NCBI GenBank assembly: GCA_965198065.1
Contig: CBDAON010000004.1
Coordinates: 2,112,001 to 2,176,000, forward strand
DNA: 64,000 nucleotides
Reading direction: 5' to 3'
DNA from: Longimicrobiales bacterium
Lineage (GTDB): Bacteria; Gemmatimonadota; Gemmatimonadetes; Longimicrobiales; Gaopeijiaceae
Both the position numbers and the translations under genes were made by a program. The notes beneath the pieces are model-generated. The model was not told where the DNA came from. It ran no database searches and was given only the letters and a program-made list of their open reading frames with translations. Below, piece by piece: positions 27,571 to 36,312 of this stretch (position 1 is its first letter; every line of letters starts with the position of its first letter).

Positions 27571-28442
27571 GGGCGGTCCTGGTTGCCCTGGGGGCGGGTG
27601 CCCTGGCGACGGCTGTGGCGGTCGCGCTCTTCTGGCTCTTCGTCATCCCGTGGCCCTGGGACCTCGACGCTCGAAATCCCGAGGCGACCGCGCTCATGGA
27701 GCAGCGGGTCCGCGAAGCCGCGGCGAGCGGCAGCATGCTCTCGATTCGGCAGCAGTGGGTAGCCCTGGACCGCATCTCCCCGAACCTCGTCCGCGCGGTC
27801 ATCGTGGCGGAGGACCACCGCTTCCGGGAGCACGCCGGCGTGGACTGGCGGGCCCTCGCCGAAGAGGTGCGGTGGGATGGTAGCGACAGGTTCAGGTGGT
27901 GGAGTCCCGCCGACCTCGTCTCGCTCGGGCGAGCCGTCGGATATTCCTGGCGGAATCGGGACGAGATCCGCGGGCGGAGCACGATCCCCCAGCAGTTGGC
28001 CAAGAACCTCTACTTCGGGACCGAGCGCTCGTTCATGCGGAAGGGCCTCGAGCTCGTAGCCGCCCGCCGCCTGGAGCGCGCGCTCACGAAGGACCGGATC
28101 CTTGAGCTCTACCTGAACCTGGCGGAATGGGGGCCCGGGATCTTCGGGGCGGAAGCCGCGTCCCTCGCTTACTTTGGACAGGGAGCCGATGCCCTGACCC
28201 TGGAGGAGGGGGCGGCCCTGGCCGCCACGCTGCCTCATCCCCTCACGTCGAACCCCGCACTGTCGCCGGCGCAGATGCGGTGGCGGCAGGCACTCATCCT
28301 CGAGCGGCTGGCGCCTCCCCAGGCAGGCGCCCCCAGGGTCGAGCTTCCTCTACCCCTTCCGCTTCCCCCGCCCGTCCTGATGCCCGGCCCGGAACCCGCG
28401 CCGCGGCTTCCCGCACCTTCTCCGGTCTCCCCGATTCGATGA
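27567..28442 (+). CDS. mtgA: Monofunctional peptidoglycan transglycosylase
   Basis: TM anchor, AEDHRFREHAGVD, STIPQQLAKNL, RKGLE, KDRILELYLN. Confidence 0.85.
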   Translation: MRAVLVALGAGALATAVAVALFWLFVIPWPWDLDARNPEATALMEQRVREAAASGSMLSIRQQWVALDRISPNLVRAVIVAEDHRFREHAGVDWRALAEEVRWDGSDRFRWWSPADLVSLGRAVGYSWRNRDEIRGRSTIPQQLAKNLYFGTERSFMRKGLELVAARRLERALTKDRILELYLNLAEWGPGIFGAEAASLAYFGQGADALTLEEGAALAATLPHPLTSNPALSPAQMRWRQALILERLAPPQAGAPRVELPLPLPLPPPVLMPGPEPAPRLPAPSPVSPIR

Positions 28443-28999
28443 ACGTCGAGGACGCCATCCGGGCCCGGAGGTCCATCAAGAGCTTCACCCCGCGCCCCAT
28501 CCCTCGAGAGGTCGTCGAGTCGCTTCTCGAGACGGCGGTTCTGGCCCCGAACCACCGCATGACCGAGCCCTGGCGGTTCCTGGTTCTGGGTCCGGACACG
28601 AAGCGCGAATACGCGCGGATCCGCGGGGCCGGAAAGTCGGCCAAGGTGGAGGGCGCCGAGGCGGCGGAGGCGGTCGCGGCAAAGGTCGCGGCCGAGATCG
28701 AGGCCGTCCCGGCGATTGTCGCCTTCACGCAGAGGAATGACCCTCGAGCCGACGTGCGGGAGGAGGACTTCGCGGCGGTCTACATGGGGATCCAGAACCT
28801 CCTCCTCGCGGCCACTGGACTCGGGCTGGGCAGCCACGTGAAGACGGGAGCGGAGCTCGACCTTCCCCAAACGCAGCGGGTGCTAGGTGTGGAGGACGGG
28901 GAGCGAATCGTCGCCGTGGTCCACCTGGGGGAGCCCGCGGACTCGCGCCCGCAGAAGCCTCGGACGCCGGCCCGGGAGCGGACCCGCTGGCTTCCGTGA
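28439..28999 (+). CDS. Nitroreductase family protein
   Basis: RRSIKSF, APNHRMTEPWRF, QNLLLAA..GLGS. Confidence 0.88.
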   Translation: MNVEDAIRARRSIKSFTPRPIPREVVESLLETAVLAPNHRMTEPWRFLVLGPDTKREYARIRGAGKSAKVEGAEAAEAVAAKVAAEIEAVPAIVAFTQRNDPRADVREEDFAAVYMGIQNLLLAATGLGLGSHVKTGAELDLPQTQRVLGVEDGERIVAVVHLGEPADSRPQKPRTPARERTRWLP

Positions 29000-29050
29000 G
29001 GCCGGCGGGTCGGACAGGACAATGTGGGCGCCCCGATCCCTCGGGCCGGT

Positions 29051-29641
29051 TCAGGGCAGAAGGAAGTACGCCGGCAGATGCCCGACCACCCGGGCCCACC
29101 GGACGAGCTCGGCCAGGACGAAGACGAGTGGGATCGCCATGCTCTCCCTCAGAGCGACCTCGAAACGGGTGCCCTCGAATGAAGCGGCCGCGTCGGTTCG
29201 CCTTCGCCCACGCTTCGGGAGGAATCGGGGGACCCGTTCCCGGTATCGCGCGTACTCCTCGCCGAACAGCCTCTCCAGCTCCGCCTCCTCGCGACGAATG
29301 GCCGGCCAGTGGGTCGTGAAGAAGACGAGGGCGAAGAGGGCCGCGAGCGTCACCGAGCCGAACGCGAGGCCCGTGCCCGCGAAGCCCAGCAGGCTGAACA
29401 GATAGAGGGGATTGCGGACAAGGGCGTAGGGGCCCGCCGTGACCAGAACGTCGTTCTTCCTTCCGATCACGTAGGCGCTCGCCCAGATCCGGCCTCCGGC
29501 CGCAGCCAGTAGAAGAATCAACCCCGCCGAGACCACGAGCGTTTCGGCGAGCGAGCCCGGGCCGTAGACCGGGCCCGTGACCAGGGCCATGAGCGCCGCC
29601 GGGAGGAGGAGAAGACGCGTCAGCACCAGCCTGGGGTTCAT
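29051..29641 (-). CDS. Isoprenylcysteine carboxyl methyltransferase-family membrane protein
   Basis: LVTAGPYALVRNPLY, EEAELERLFGEEY..Y..RVPRF. Confidence 0.82.
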   Translation of the reverse strand: MNPRLVLTRLLLLPAALMALVTGPVYGPGSLAETLVVSAGLILLLAAAGGRIWASAYVIGRKNDVLVTAGPYALVRNPLYLFSLLGFAGTGLAFGSVTLAALFALVFFTTHWPAIRREEAELERLFGEEYARYRERVPRFLPKRGRRRTDAAASFEGTRFEVALRESMAIPLVFVLAELVRWARVVGHLPAYFLLP

Positions 29642-29750
29642 GCGCTCTCCGGTTCGAGGTCCACCTGACTGCCGCGTCCTTGACGGCCCGGAACGGTCTG
29701 CGCCAATTCAAGGTACGGGATCCCCACGAGCACCGAGAAGTCGGGACGAG

Positions 29751-32096
29751 ATGTCGGCCATCACGAGCGTGGTCTCCGCGCGCGAACGCACTTCGGGTTC
29801 TCTGGAGACGCTGGATGCGGTGCAGCGGCGGGTCCTCTGGCTCGCGGTCAGCATCGTTCATCACGCGAACAAGGTTCGCCCGAACCGGTCCGGAGTGAAG
29901 GTCGGTGGGCATCAGGCCTCGTCCGCGTCGATGGTCAGCATGATGTCCGCCCTCTACTTCCAGCATCTGGACGCGGCGGATCGAGTGTCGGTCAAGCCCC
30001 ACGCGGCCCCGGTCCTCCACGCGATCGAGTACCTCCTGGGCCGGCTGGACGCCGAGTACCTCACCGAGCTGAGGTCGTACGGAGGGCTCCAGAGCTACCC
30101 CAGCCGCCTCAAGGACCCATTCCCGGTGGACTTTTCGACGGGCTCCGTGGGGATCGGAGCCACGCCCACGATCTGGAGCTCGCTCGCCCATCGCTACGTC
30201 TCCGATCACTTCGACGTGTCCAGGTCCGGACGGCACATCGCCCTGGTGGGCGACGCCGAGCTGGACGAAGGGGCGTGCTGGGAGGCGATCGTGGACCCCA
30301 TGGTCCCGAACATGGGCGACGTGATGTGGGTCGTGGACATGAATCGACAGTCCCTGGACCGGGTCGTTCCCGAGATCGCGGTTGGTCGGATCGAGCGGAT
30401 GTTCGAGTCGGCCGGGTGGCACAGCGTCACCGTAAAGTACGGCTCGCGCCTCGGGGAGATCTTCTCCCGCCCGGGCGGGGAGGTGCTCCGGAGGCGCATC
30501 GATCGCATGTCGAACGAGGAGTACCAGCGCCTCCTCCGTGCCGACCCCGAGGAGCTCCGGGTCCGGCTCCCCAGGGAGGGGTCCGACCGCGGCGACGTTC
30601 GCCGGATCCTAGCCGATCTCGACGATCGGGAGCTACACGCGGCTGTTCGCGACCTGGGCGGTCATGACCTGGGCATGCTCCTGGACGCGTATCGGGAGGC
30701 GGACGCGGTGACCGATCGCCCCTCGGTCATCTTCGCGTACACGGTCAAGGGCTGGAAGCTGCCGGTTGAGGGCCACCCGGGGAACCACTCCGCCCTGCTC
30801 CGAACGCAACAGTGGGAGCAGCTGGCCGTGGAGCTGGGAGCGGACGCCCAGGACCCGTGGCGGAAGTTCGAGCCGGGCTCGGAGGAGGAGAAGGTGTGCC
30901 TCGCGGCCACGGAGCGGCTGGAGCGCGGAGAGGTTCCGCTCCGTCCGGTCCCGGCGATCCCGACGGAACTGAGCGGGAGCCACAGCGGGATGGAATCGAC
31001 GCAGCAGGCGTTCGGCCGGTTGCTCACTGGTCTCGGCCGGGAGGCCCCCGAGGTGGCGAGGCACGTGGTCACGGTAAGCCCCGACGTGGCCTCGTCCACG
31101 AACCTGGGGGGGTGGATCAACAAGGTCGGGATCTGGAACGTGGCCAAGCGAAGGGACTGGTTCGCGGACGACGCGGAGAGAGTCCTGCGCTGGCGGGAAG
31201 GTGAGCGCGGCCAGCACATCGAGCTCGGGATCGCGGAGGCGAACATGGCGGGGCTCCTGAGCGAGCTCGGCCTCACCTGGTCACGGGACGGTCAGCCGCT
31301 CCTCCCCGTCGGGACCCTCTACGATCCGTTTGTGACCCGTACGCTCGAGCCCTGGGCCTTCGGGATCTATGCCGGGGGGCAGTCTATCCTGGTGGGTACG
31401 CCGTCCGGGGTCACCCTCGCTCCCGAAGGTGGGGCACACCAGTCCGTGATCACGCCCTCGATCGGGCTCGAGCAGCCGGGGTGCGTCGCGTGGGAGCCTG
31501 CCTTCTGCCAGGACCTCGAGTGGAGCTTCCTTCACGCGCTGGGCCAGCTCGGACGACCGGGTGGGACAGCGGCGTACTTCCGCCTCTCGACCCGTCTCGT
31601 CGACCAGAATCTGGCGGCGCTCCCGTCTGAACCCGAGGGTCGGGACGAGCGTCGTCGGCGGGTGCTGGAGGGAGGGTACCGGCTGCGCGAGGCCTCACCC
31701 GAGCCGGACGTGACCCTCGTCGGCGTGGGGGCGATGATGACGGAGGTGCTGGCCGCGGCGGACGAGCTTGAGGCCGGCGGCGTCCAAACCGAGGTGGTCT
31801 GCCTCACCTCGCCCGACCTCGTATTCCGCGCCATCCAGGCCCGGCAGGGGCTCCTGCGGCACGAATACGGGTTCCTCGACACCCTGTTCCCTCCGGAGCA
31901 CCGCTCGCCGTTCATCACGGTGCTGGATGGCCACCCGCACACCCTGTCGTTCCTGGCGGCGGTGCGACCCGCCCGGATCGCCTGTCTCGGGGTGAGCGGC
32001 TTCGGTCAGTCGGGCGATCTGGACGACCTCTATCGTCACTTCGCGATCGACGCGGACACGATCGTGGGAGCGGCGCTCGACGTTCTGGAACTCTGA
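29751..32096 (+). CDS. Homodimeric-type pyruvate dehydrogenase E1 / transketolase-like TPP enzyme (AceE-like)
   Basis: KVGGHQASSAS, STGSVG, TPP motif GDAELDEG...NRQSLD, ELGIAE, PEGGAHQS, FGQSG. Confidence 0.85.
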   Translation: MSAITSVVSARERTSGSLETLDAVQRRVLWLAVSIVHHANKVRPNRSGVKVGGHQASSASMVSMMSALYFQHLDAADRVSVKPHAAPVLHAIEYLLGRLDAEYLTELRSYGGLQSYPSRLKDPFPVDFSTGSVGIGATPTIWSSLAHRYVSDHFDVSRSGRHIALVGDAELDEGACWEAIVDPMVPNMGDVMWVVDMNRQSLDRVVPEIAVGRIERMFESAGWHSVTVKYGSRLGEIFSRPGGEVLRRRIDRMSNEEYQRLLRADPEELRVRLPREGSDRGDVRRILADLDDRELHAAVRDLGGHDLGMLLDAYREADAVTDRPSVIFAYTVKGWKLPVEGHPGNHSALLRTQQWEQLAVELGADAQDPWRKFEPGSEEEKVCLAATERLERGEVPLRPVPAIPTELSGSHSGMESTQQAFGRLLTGLGREAPEVARHVVTVSPDVASSTNLGGWINKVGIWNVAKRRDWFADDAERVLRWREGERGQHIELGIAEANMAGLLSELGLTWSRDGQPLLPVGTLYDPFVTRTLEPWAFGIYAGGQSILVGTPSGVTLAPEGGAHQSVITPSIGLEQPGCVAWEPAFCQDLEWSFLHALGQLGRPGGTAAYFRLSTRLVDQNLAALPSEPEGRDERRRRVLEGGYRLREASPEPDVTLVGVGAMMTEVLAAADELEAGGVQTEVVCLTSPDLVFRAIQARQGLLRHEYGFLDTLFPPEHRSPFITVLDGHPHTLSFLAAVRPARIACLGVSGFGQSGDLDDLYRHFAIDADTIVGAALDVLEL

Positions 32097-32166
32097 CGGC
32101 GGCTTTCAGCTCGCGTTGTCCGTAGCGCCGCCGTCGGTCGTGCCGGGCAGCGTCGTCGGCGACCCG

Positions 32167-33363
32167 TCAGAGCTTTGCCAAGAAATCGGCGAGGCGGCGG
32201 AGCGCCTCCGCCAGATTCTCCCTCGAGTTCGCGAACGAGATCCGAGCGTAACCCTGGCCCTCCTTCCCGAACGAGGTGCCGGCCAGGAGGGACACGCCGG
32301 CTTCGTAGAGGACGCGACTTTCGAACTCCTCGCTCGTGAGACCCGTTCCCTTGATGTTCGGAAAGGCGTAAAACGCCCCGCGGGGCGGCTGGCACGAGAT
32401 CCCTGGAAGGGTGTTGAGCCCGGCGAGCAGGAGGTCCCGGCGCGCCCGGAACTCAGCGACCATCTCCCGTACGGGTTCCTGCGACCCCATGAGCGCCGTG
32501 ACCGTAGCGCGCTGACTGAACGCGGCCGTGCACGAGACGCTGTTCGTCACGAGCCGGACGACCGGCTCCACCAGAACCTCGGGGAAGACCCCGTACCCGA
32601 CCCGCCAGCCCGTCATCGCGTAGCTCTTCGAGAGGCCGTCCAAGACGACGGTGCGCTCGGGCATTCCGGGGAACCGCGTGATCGAGGTGTGGGCGCCCTC
32701 GAAGTGGAAGTCCTTATAGATCTCGTCGCTCAAGACGAACGCGTCGGACGCGCTCGCGAGCCTCGCGATCCGCTCGAGCGTCTCGTCGGGGACAACGCTT
32801 CCACACGGATTGTTGGGAGAGTTCAGGATCACGAGCCGCGTGCGCGGCGTGAAGAGCCCAGCCAGGTCGTCGGGGTCGGGATTGAATCCCAGCTCCTCGC
32901 GAAGACGCATGGGCACCGGCGTGGCACCGGAGAACCGGATCATGGACTCGTAGATCGGAAAGCCGGGATCCGGATAGACGACCTCGTCCCCCTCCTCGCA
33001 GACCCCGAGAATCGTGAAGAACATGACCGGCTTGGCGCCTGGCGTGACGACTACCCGACTCTCCGGGACGGGGTACCCGAGGCGCTCCCCCATGTGGGAC
33101 GCGATCGCGGATCGCACGTCCGCGAGCCCAGGGGCCGGCGTATAGTGCGTGAACCCTTCGTCCAGCGCTTTCTTGGCACCCGCCACGATATGCGGGGGCG
33201 TGTCGAAATCGGGCTCCCCAATGCCAAGGAAGACGATCGAACGCCCCTCCGCCTCTAGGGCCCTGGCCCTGGCGAGCGCCTCGAACGCCGTCTCCGTTCC
33301 GAGGCGGGACATGCGGGTGGCGAGCTTGGCTCCGGTCACGGTGTCTTCACGCGGGCGAGGCAT
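32167..33363 (-). CDS. PLP-dependent aminotransferase class I/II
   Basis: IGEPDF, NSPNNPCG, SDEIY, SKSYAMTGWRVG, GAFY. Confidence 0.92.
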   Translation of the reverse strand: MPRPREDTVTGAKLATRMSRLGTETAFEALARARALEAEGRSIVFLGIGEPDFDTPPHIVAGAKKALDEGFTHYTPAPGLADVRSAIASHMGERLGYPVPESRVVVTPGAKPVMFFTILGVCEEGDEVVYPDPGFPIYESMIRFSGATPVPMRLREELGFNPDPDDLAGLFTPRTRLVILNSPNNPCGSVVPDETLERIARLASASDAFVLSDEIYKDFHFEGAHTSITRFPGMPERTVVLDGLSKSYAMTGWRVGYGVFPEVLVEPVVRLVTNSVSCTAAFSQRATVTALMGSQEPVREMVAEFRARRDLLLAGLNTLPGISCQPPRGAFYAFPNIKGTGLTSEEFESRVLYEAGVSLLAGTSFGKEGQGYARISFANSRENLAEALRRLADFLAKL

Positions 33364-33403
33364 CCGGCGGGCTCCCGGCCGACGGGCTGAGTCGTCTCGC
33401 GGT

Positions 33404-33895
33404 TTAGAGGAGGACGTGGGGGCCCCGCGATATCACGAGCGGCCCGCTCCGGACGACGGAGAGGAGCAGGACCCCCTGGGGAACCGACTCGATCAGGGCA
33501 TCGACCTGCCTCTCAGTCCCCGTGACCTCGAGCGTGAATTGGGACGGATCGTCGTCTAGGATCGTCGCCCCGAAATTCCTCATGAGCGCTCGGAATCCAT
33601 CGATCGCGGCCGGGCTCACCTGGAACTTGAGCAGCCCCAACTCCCTCTCGACGTGATCCGTGGACGTTCGGTCCGCGATGGCGACCACGTCGATGAGCTT
33701 GGCGAGCTGCTTGCTCATCTGGCTGATCACATCTTCCGTGCCGTTCGTCACCAGCGTGAGCCGGGAGACCGTCTCATCGTCCGTGGGCGCGACGCTCAGG
33801 GACTCGATGTTGAACCCGCGGCTCGCGAACATCGAAGCCACTCTCGCGAGAGCTCCGCTTTCGTTCTGTAGAAGAATCGAGAGGATGTGTCGCAT
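33404..33895 (-). CDS. ilvN: Acetolactate synthase small subunit
   Basis: NESGALARVASMFASRGFNIESL, KQLAKLIDV, ERELGLLK, VRSG. Confidence 0.93.
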   Translation of the reverse strand: MRHILSILLQNESGALARVASMFASRGFNIESLSVAPTDDETVSRLTLVTNGTEDVISQMSKQLAKLIDVVAIADRTSTDHVERELGLLKFQVSPAAIDGFRALMRNFGATILDDDPSQFTLEVTGTERQVDALIESVPQGVLLLSVVRSGPLVISRGPHVLL

Positions 33896-34024
33896 GGCCG
33901 GGATAGTCGCTGGGCGGTCGGTCGCTCGCAACGGCGACCCAGCCCAGCCCGGGCCGGGCCCTCGTCCCCTCCGGTCCATCCCGTCGGGTCGCAGACGGGC
34001 CCGGTTTCGGGTTACTATCCGGGA

Positions 34025-35881
34025 ATGTCCGCCCCTGCAACCGTGAGCACCGCCCGGCGTCACCGGCTCGCCGGCACCCGCATGACGGGTGCCGAGATGA
34101 TCGTGCAGATCCTCGTGGACGAAGAGGTCGAGGTCATGTTCGGGTATTCGGGCGGCGCCATCCTCCCCACGTACGACGCGGTCTTTCGCTACAACGCGGC
34201 CAGCGAGAGCGAGGGGAGGTGGTCCATCCGCCTGGTCGTTCCGGCGAACGAGCAGGGGGCCGGCTTCATGGCCGCCGGTTACGCGAGGGCTTCCGGGAAG
34301 GTCGGGGTCGTCATGGTGACCTCCGGGCCCGGGGCCACGAACACGGTGACGCCCGTTCGTGACTGCCTGGCCGATTCGGTTCCCATCGTCGTGATAACGG
34401 GCCAGGTCCCGACCGCTGCCGTGGGCACGGACGCGTTCCAAGAGGCGCCGGTCTCGGCCATCATGGGTGCGGGGGTGGCCAAGCACATCTTCCTGGTGAC
34501 GGACCCCACCCGCCTGGAGACGACCGTCCGCACGGCGTTCGAGATCGCGCGGACCGGGCGGCCGGGTCCGGTGGTCGTGGACGTTCCCAAGGACGTCCAG
34601 AACTGGGAGGGGGTGTTCCAGGGAGAGGGAGCGCTACCCATTCCCGGATATCGGCGGCGGTTGGCGGCCGTCGAGACGAGCGAGCTCACGGAAGCGCAAT
34701 GCGACGAGCTCTTAGACTTCCTCGAGAACAGCCGGCGCCCGATGATCTATGCGGGTGGGGGCGTGATCAACGCGGGAGCGGCGGAGGAGCTGGGGGAGCT
34801 GGCGCGGGCGTTTCGAATCCCGGTCGTCACGACGCTCATGGGGATCGGCTGCTTCGACACGACGGATCCCCTTTGCCTTCGCATGCTGGGGATGCACGGG
34901 GCGGCGTTCGCGAATTACGCCGTGGACGACTGTGACTTCCTGATTGCCGCCGGATCCCGTTTCGACGACCGCGTGGCCGGAGTCCCCGACAAGTTCGCGA
35001 GGAACGCGCAGCGCATCGCGCACTTCGACGTGGATCCGTCGGAGATCCACAAGGTCAAGCGGGTAGACTGGCACTTTGTCGGGGATCTGGCGCGGGCGCT
35101 CCGTCGGCTCACCGAGTACGGTCGCGCGCGTGGCTTCCGGGGCGACTTCGACGGGTGGTTGAGAGAGGTCGAGGAGCTCAAGGCCAGGTACGCGTTCAAC
35201 TACGACCGGGCGAGCCCTCTCGTCCAACCCCAGTACGTGATCGAGGCGATCAATCGAATCACGAAGGGGGAGGCAATCATCAGCACCGGGGTGGGCCAGC
35301 ACCAGATGTGGGCGGCGCAGTACTTCGACTTCCGAACCCCCCGCCTCTGGCTCACCTCCGGGAGCATGGGAACGATGGGGTTCGGCCTGCCCGCTGCGGT
35401 CGGCGCCCAGTGCGCGCACCCCGAACGTACCGTCATCGACATGGACGGAGACGCGAGTATCCGCATGAACCTTGGGGAGCTCGAGACCGTCACCACCTAC
35501 GACCTTCCCGTGAAGATCATCGTGATGAACAACTTCGGGGACGGGATGGTGAAGCAGTGGCAGAAGCTCTTTTTCAAGGGACGGCTCTCGGCGAGCGACA
35601 AGTCACTCCACAAGAAGGACTTCGTCAGGGCCGCGGAGGCAGACGGATTCCCCTGGGCCCGGAGGCTCGAGCGGAAGGAGGAAGTGGTGTCCCTCACGCG
35701 GGAGTTCATCGAGTTCGAGGGTCCGGCCTTCCTGGAGGTCATGATCGATCCCGACGCCGGGGTCTACCCTATGGTGGGTCCGGGGCAGTCGTACGAGGGC
35801 ATGATCACGGGAGACTTCATTCCCGATCGGTCCGCCGGCGGTGACGAACCGACCCCGCCCGACGCGTCGGAGATGTTCTGA
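34025..35881 (+). CDS. ilvB: Acetolactate synthase large subunit
   Basis: FGYSGGAILP, TSGPGATN, TGQV, DAFQE, GMHG, RFDDRV, GVGQHQMW, GTMGFGLPAA, DGDAS. Confidence 0.95.
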   Translation: MSAPATVSTARRHRLAGTRMTGAEMIVQILVDEEVEVMFGYSGGAILPTYDAVFRYNAASESEGRWSIRLVVPANEQGAGFMAAGYARASGKVGVVMVTSGPGATNTVTPVRDCLADSVPIVVITGQVPTAAVGTDAFQEAPVSAIMGAGVAKHIFLVTDPTRLETTVRTAFEIARTGRPGPVVVDVPKDVQNWEGVFQGEGALPIPGYRRRLAAVETSELTEAQCDELLDFLENSRRPMIYAGGGVINAGAAEELGELARAFRIPVVTTLMGIGCFDTTDPLCLRMLGMHGAAFANYAVDDCDFLIAAGSRFDDRVAGVPDKFARNAQRIAHFDVDPSEIHKVKRVDWHFVGDLARALRRLTEYGRARGFRGDFDGWLREVEELKARYAFNYDRASPLVQPQYVIEAINRITKGEAIISTGVGQHQMWAAQYFDFRTPRLWLTSGSMGTMGFGLPAAVGAQCAHPERTVIDMDGDASIRMNLGELETVTTYDLPVKIIVMNNFGDGMVKQWQKLFFKGRLSASDKSLHKKDFVRAAEADGFPWARRLERKEEVVSLTREFIEFEGPAFLEVMIDPDAGVYPMVGPGQSYEGMITGDFIPDRSAGGDEPTPPDASEMF

Positions 35882-35904
35882 AGGCGGCGCTCCCCTGACA
35901 AAGC

Positions 35905-36240
35905 AGCAATCCTGAAAGCAGGAGCCCTCCGGGTGCTCACGTTCCACCCGGAGGGCTCACAGTGCGCTGGCGGGGTAGAACCGGGTTCTTTCAGGAGCCG
36001 CCCACGTGAGGGCGGTCGGCTCTCCCCTTCCTTTTCCCTCTCTACGCGCGGTCCACGTGATCGGGTCCCCCGAGCTCTCGGGGGTGCCAGTGGAGACCAG
36101 CGACCTCTCCACTCTCAGTCGGGACTCCTGCATCCCTCCTGATTCCGCCGCGACGGCGTCCCGCCCAACGGCTGCTCCTCCGAGTCCGTCTCAGGATGAC
36201 CATCGCCACCCGTTCGACGGGCCGCACCCGGAGTGTAACG
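35905..36240 (-). ncRNA. Candidate structured non-coding RNA (unassigned)
   Basis: No convincing ORF; several inverted repeats including a perfect 14-bp stem (35922-35935/35945-35958); minus-strand TTGACA at 36270-36265. Confidence 0.3.
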
Positions 36241-36312
36241 ACCATCATCGGCACCCCGATTCGATGTCAAGAAATTTCTGTCTCTACACCGGGGTGATAG
36301 CTTGAAAGCGCC

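Noticed and set aside
27965..28010. MtgA motif reads GRSTIPQQ instead of G(A/G)STITQQ, suggesting an inactive enzyme
   Set aside because: The catalytic ED motif is intact, and the window has evident sequence errors, so the deviation is not interpretable.
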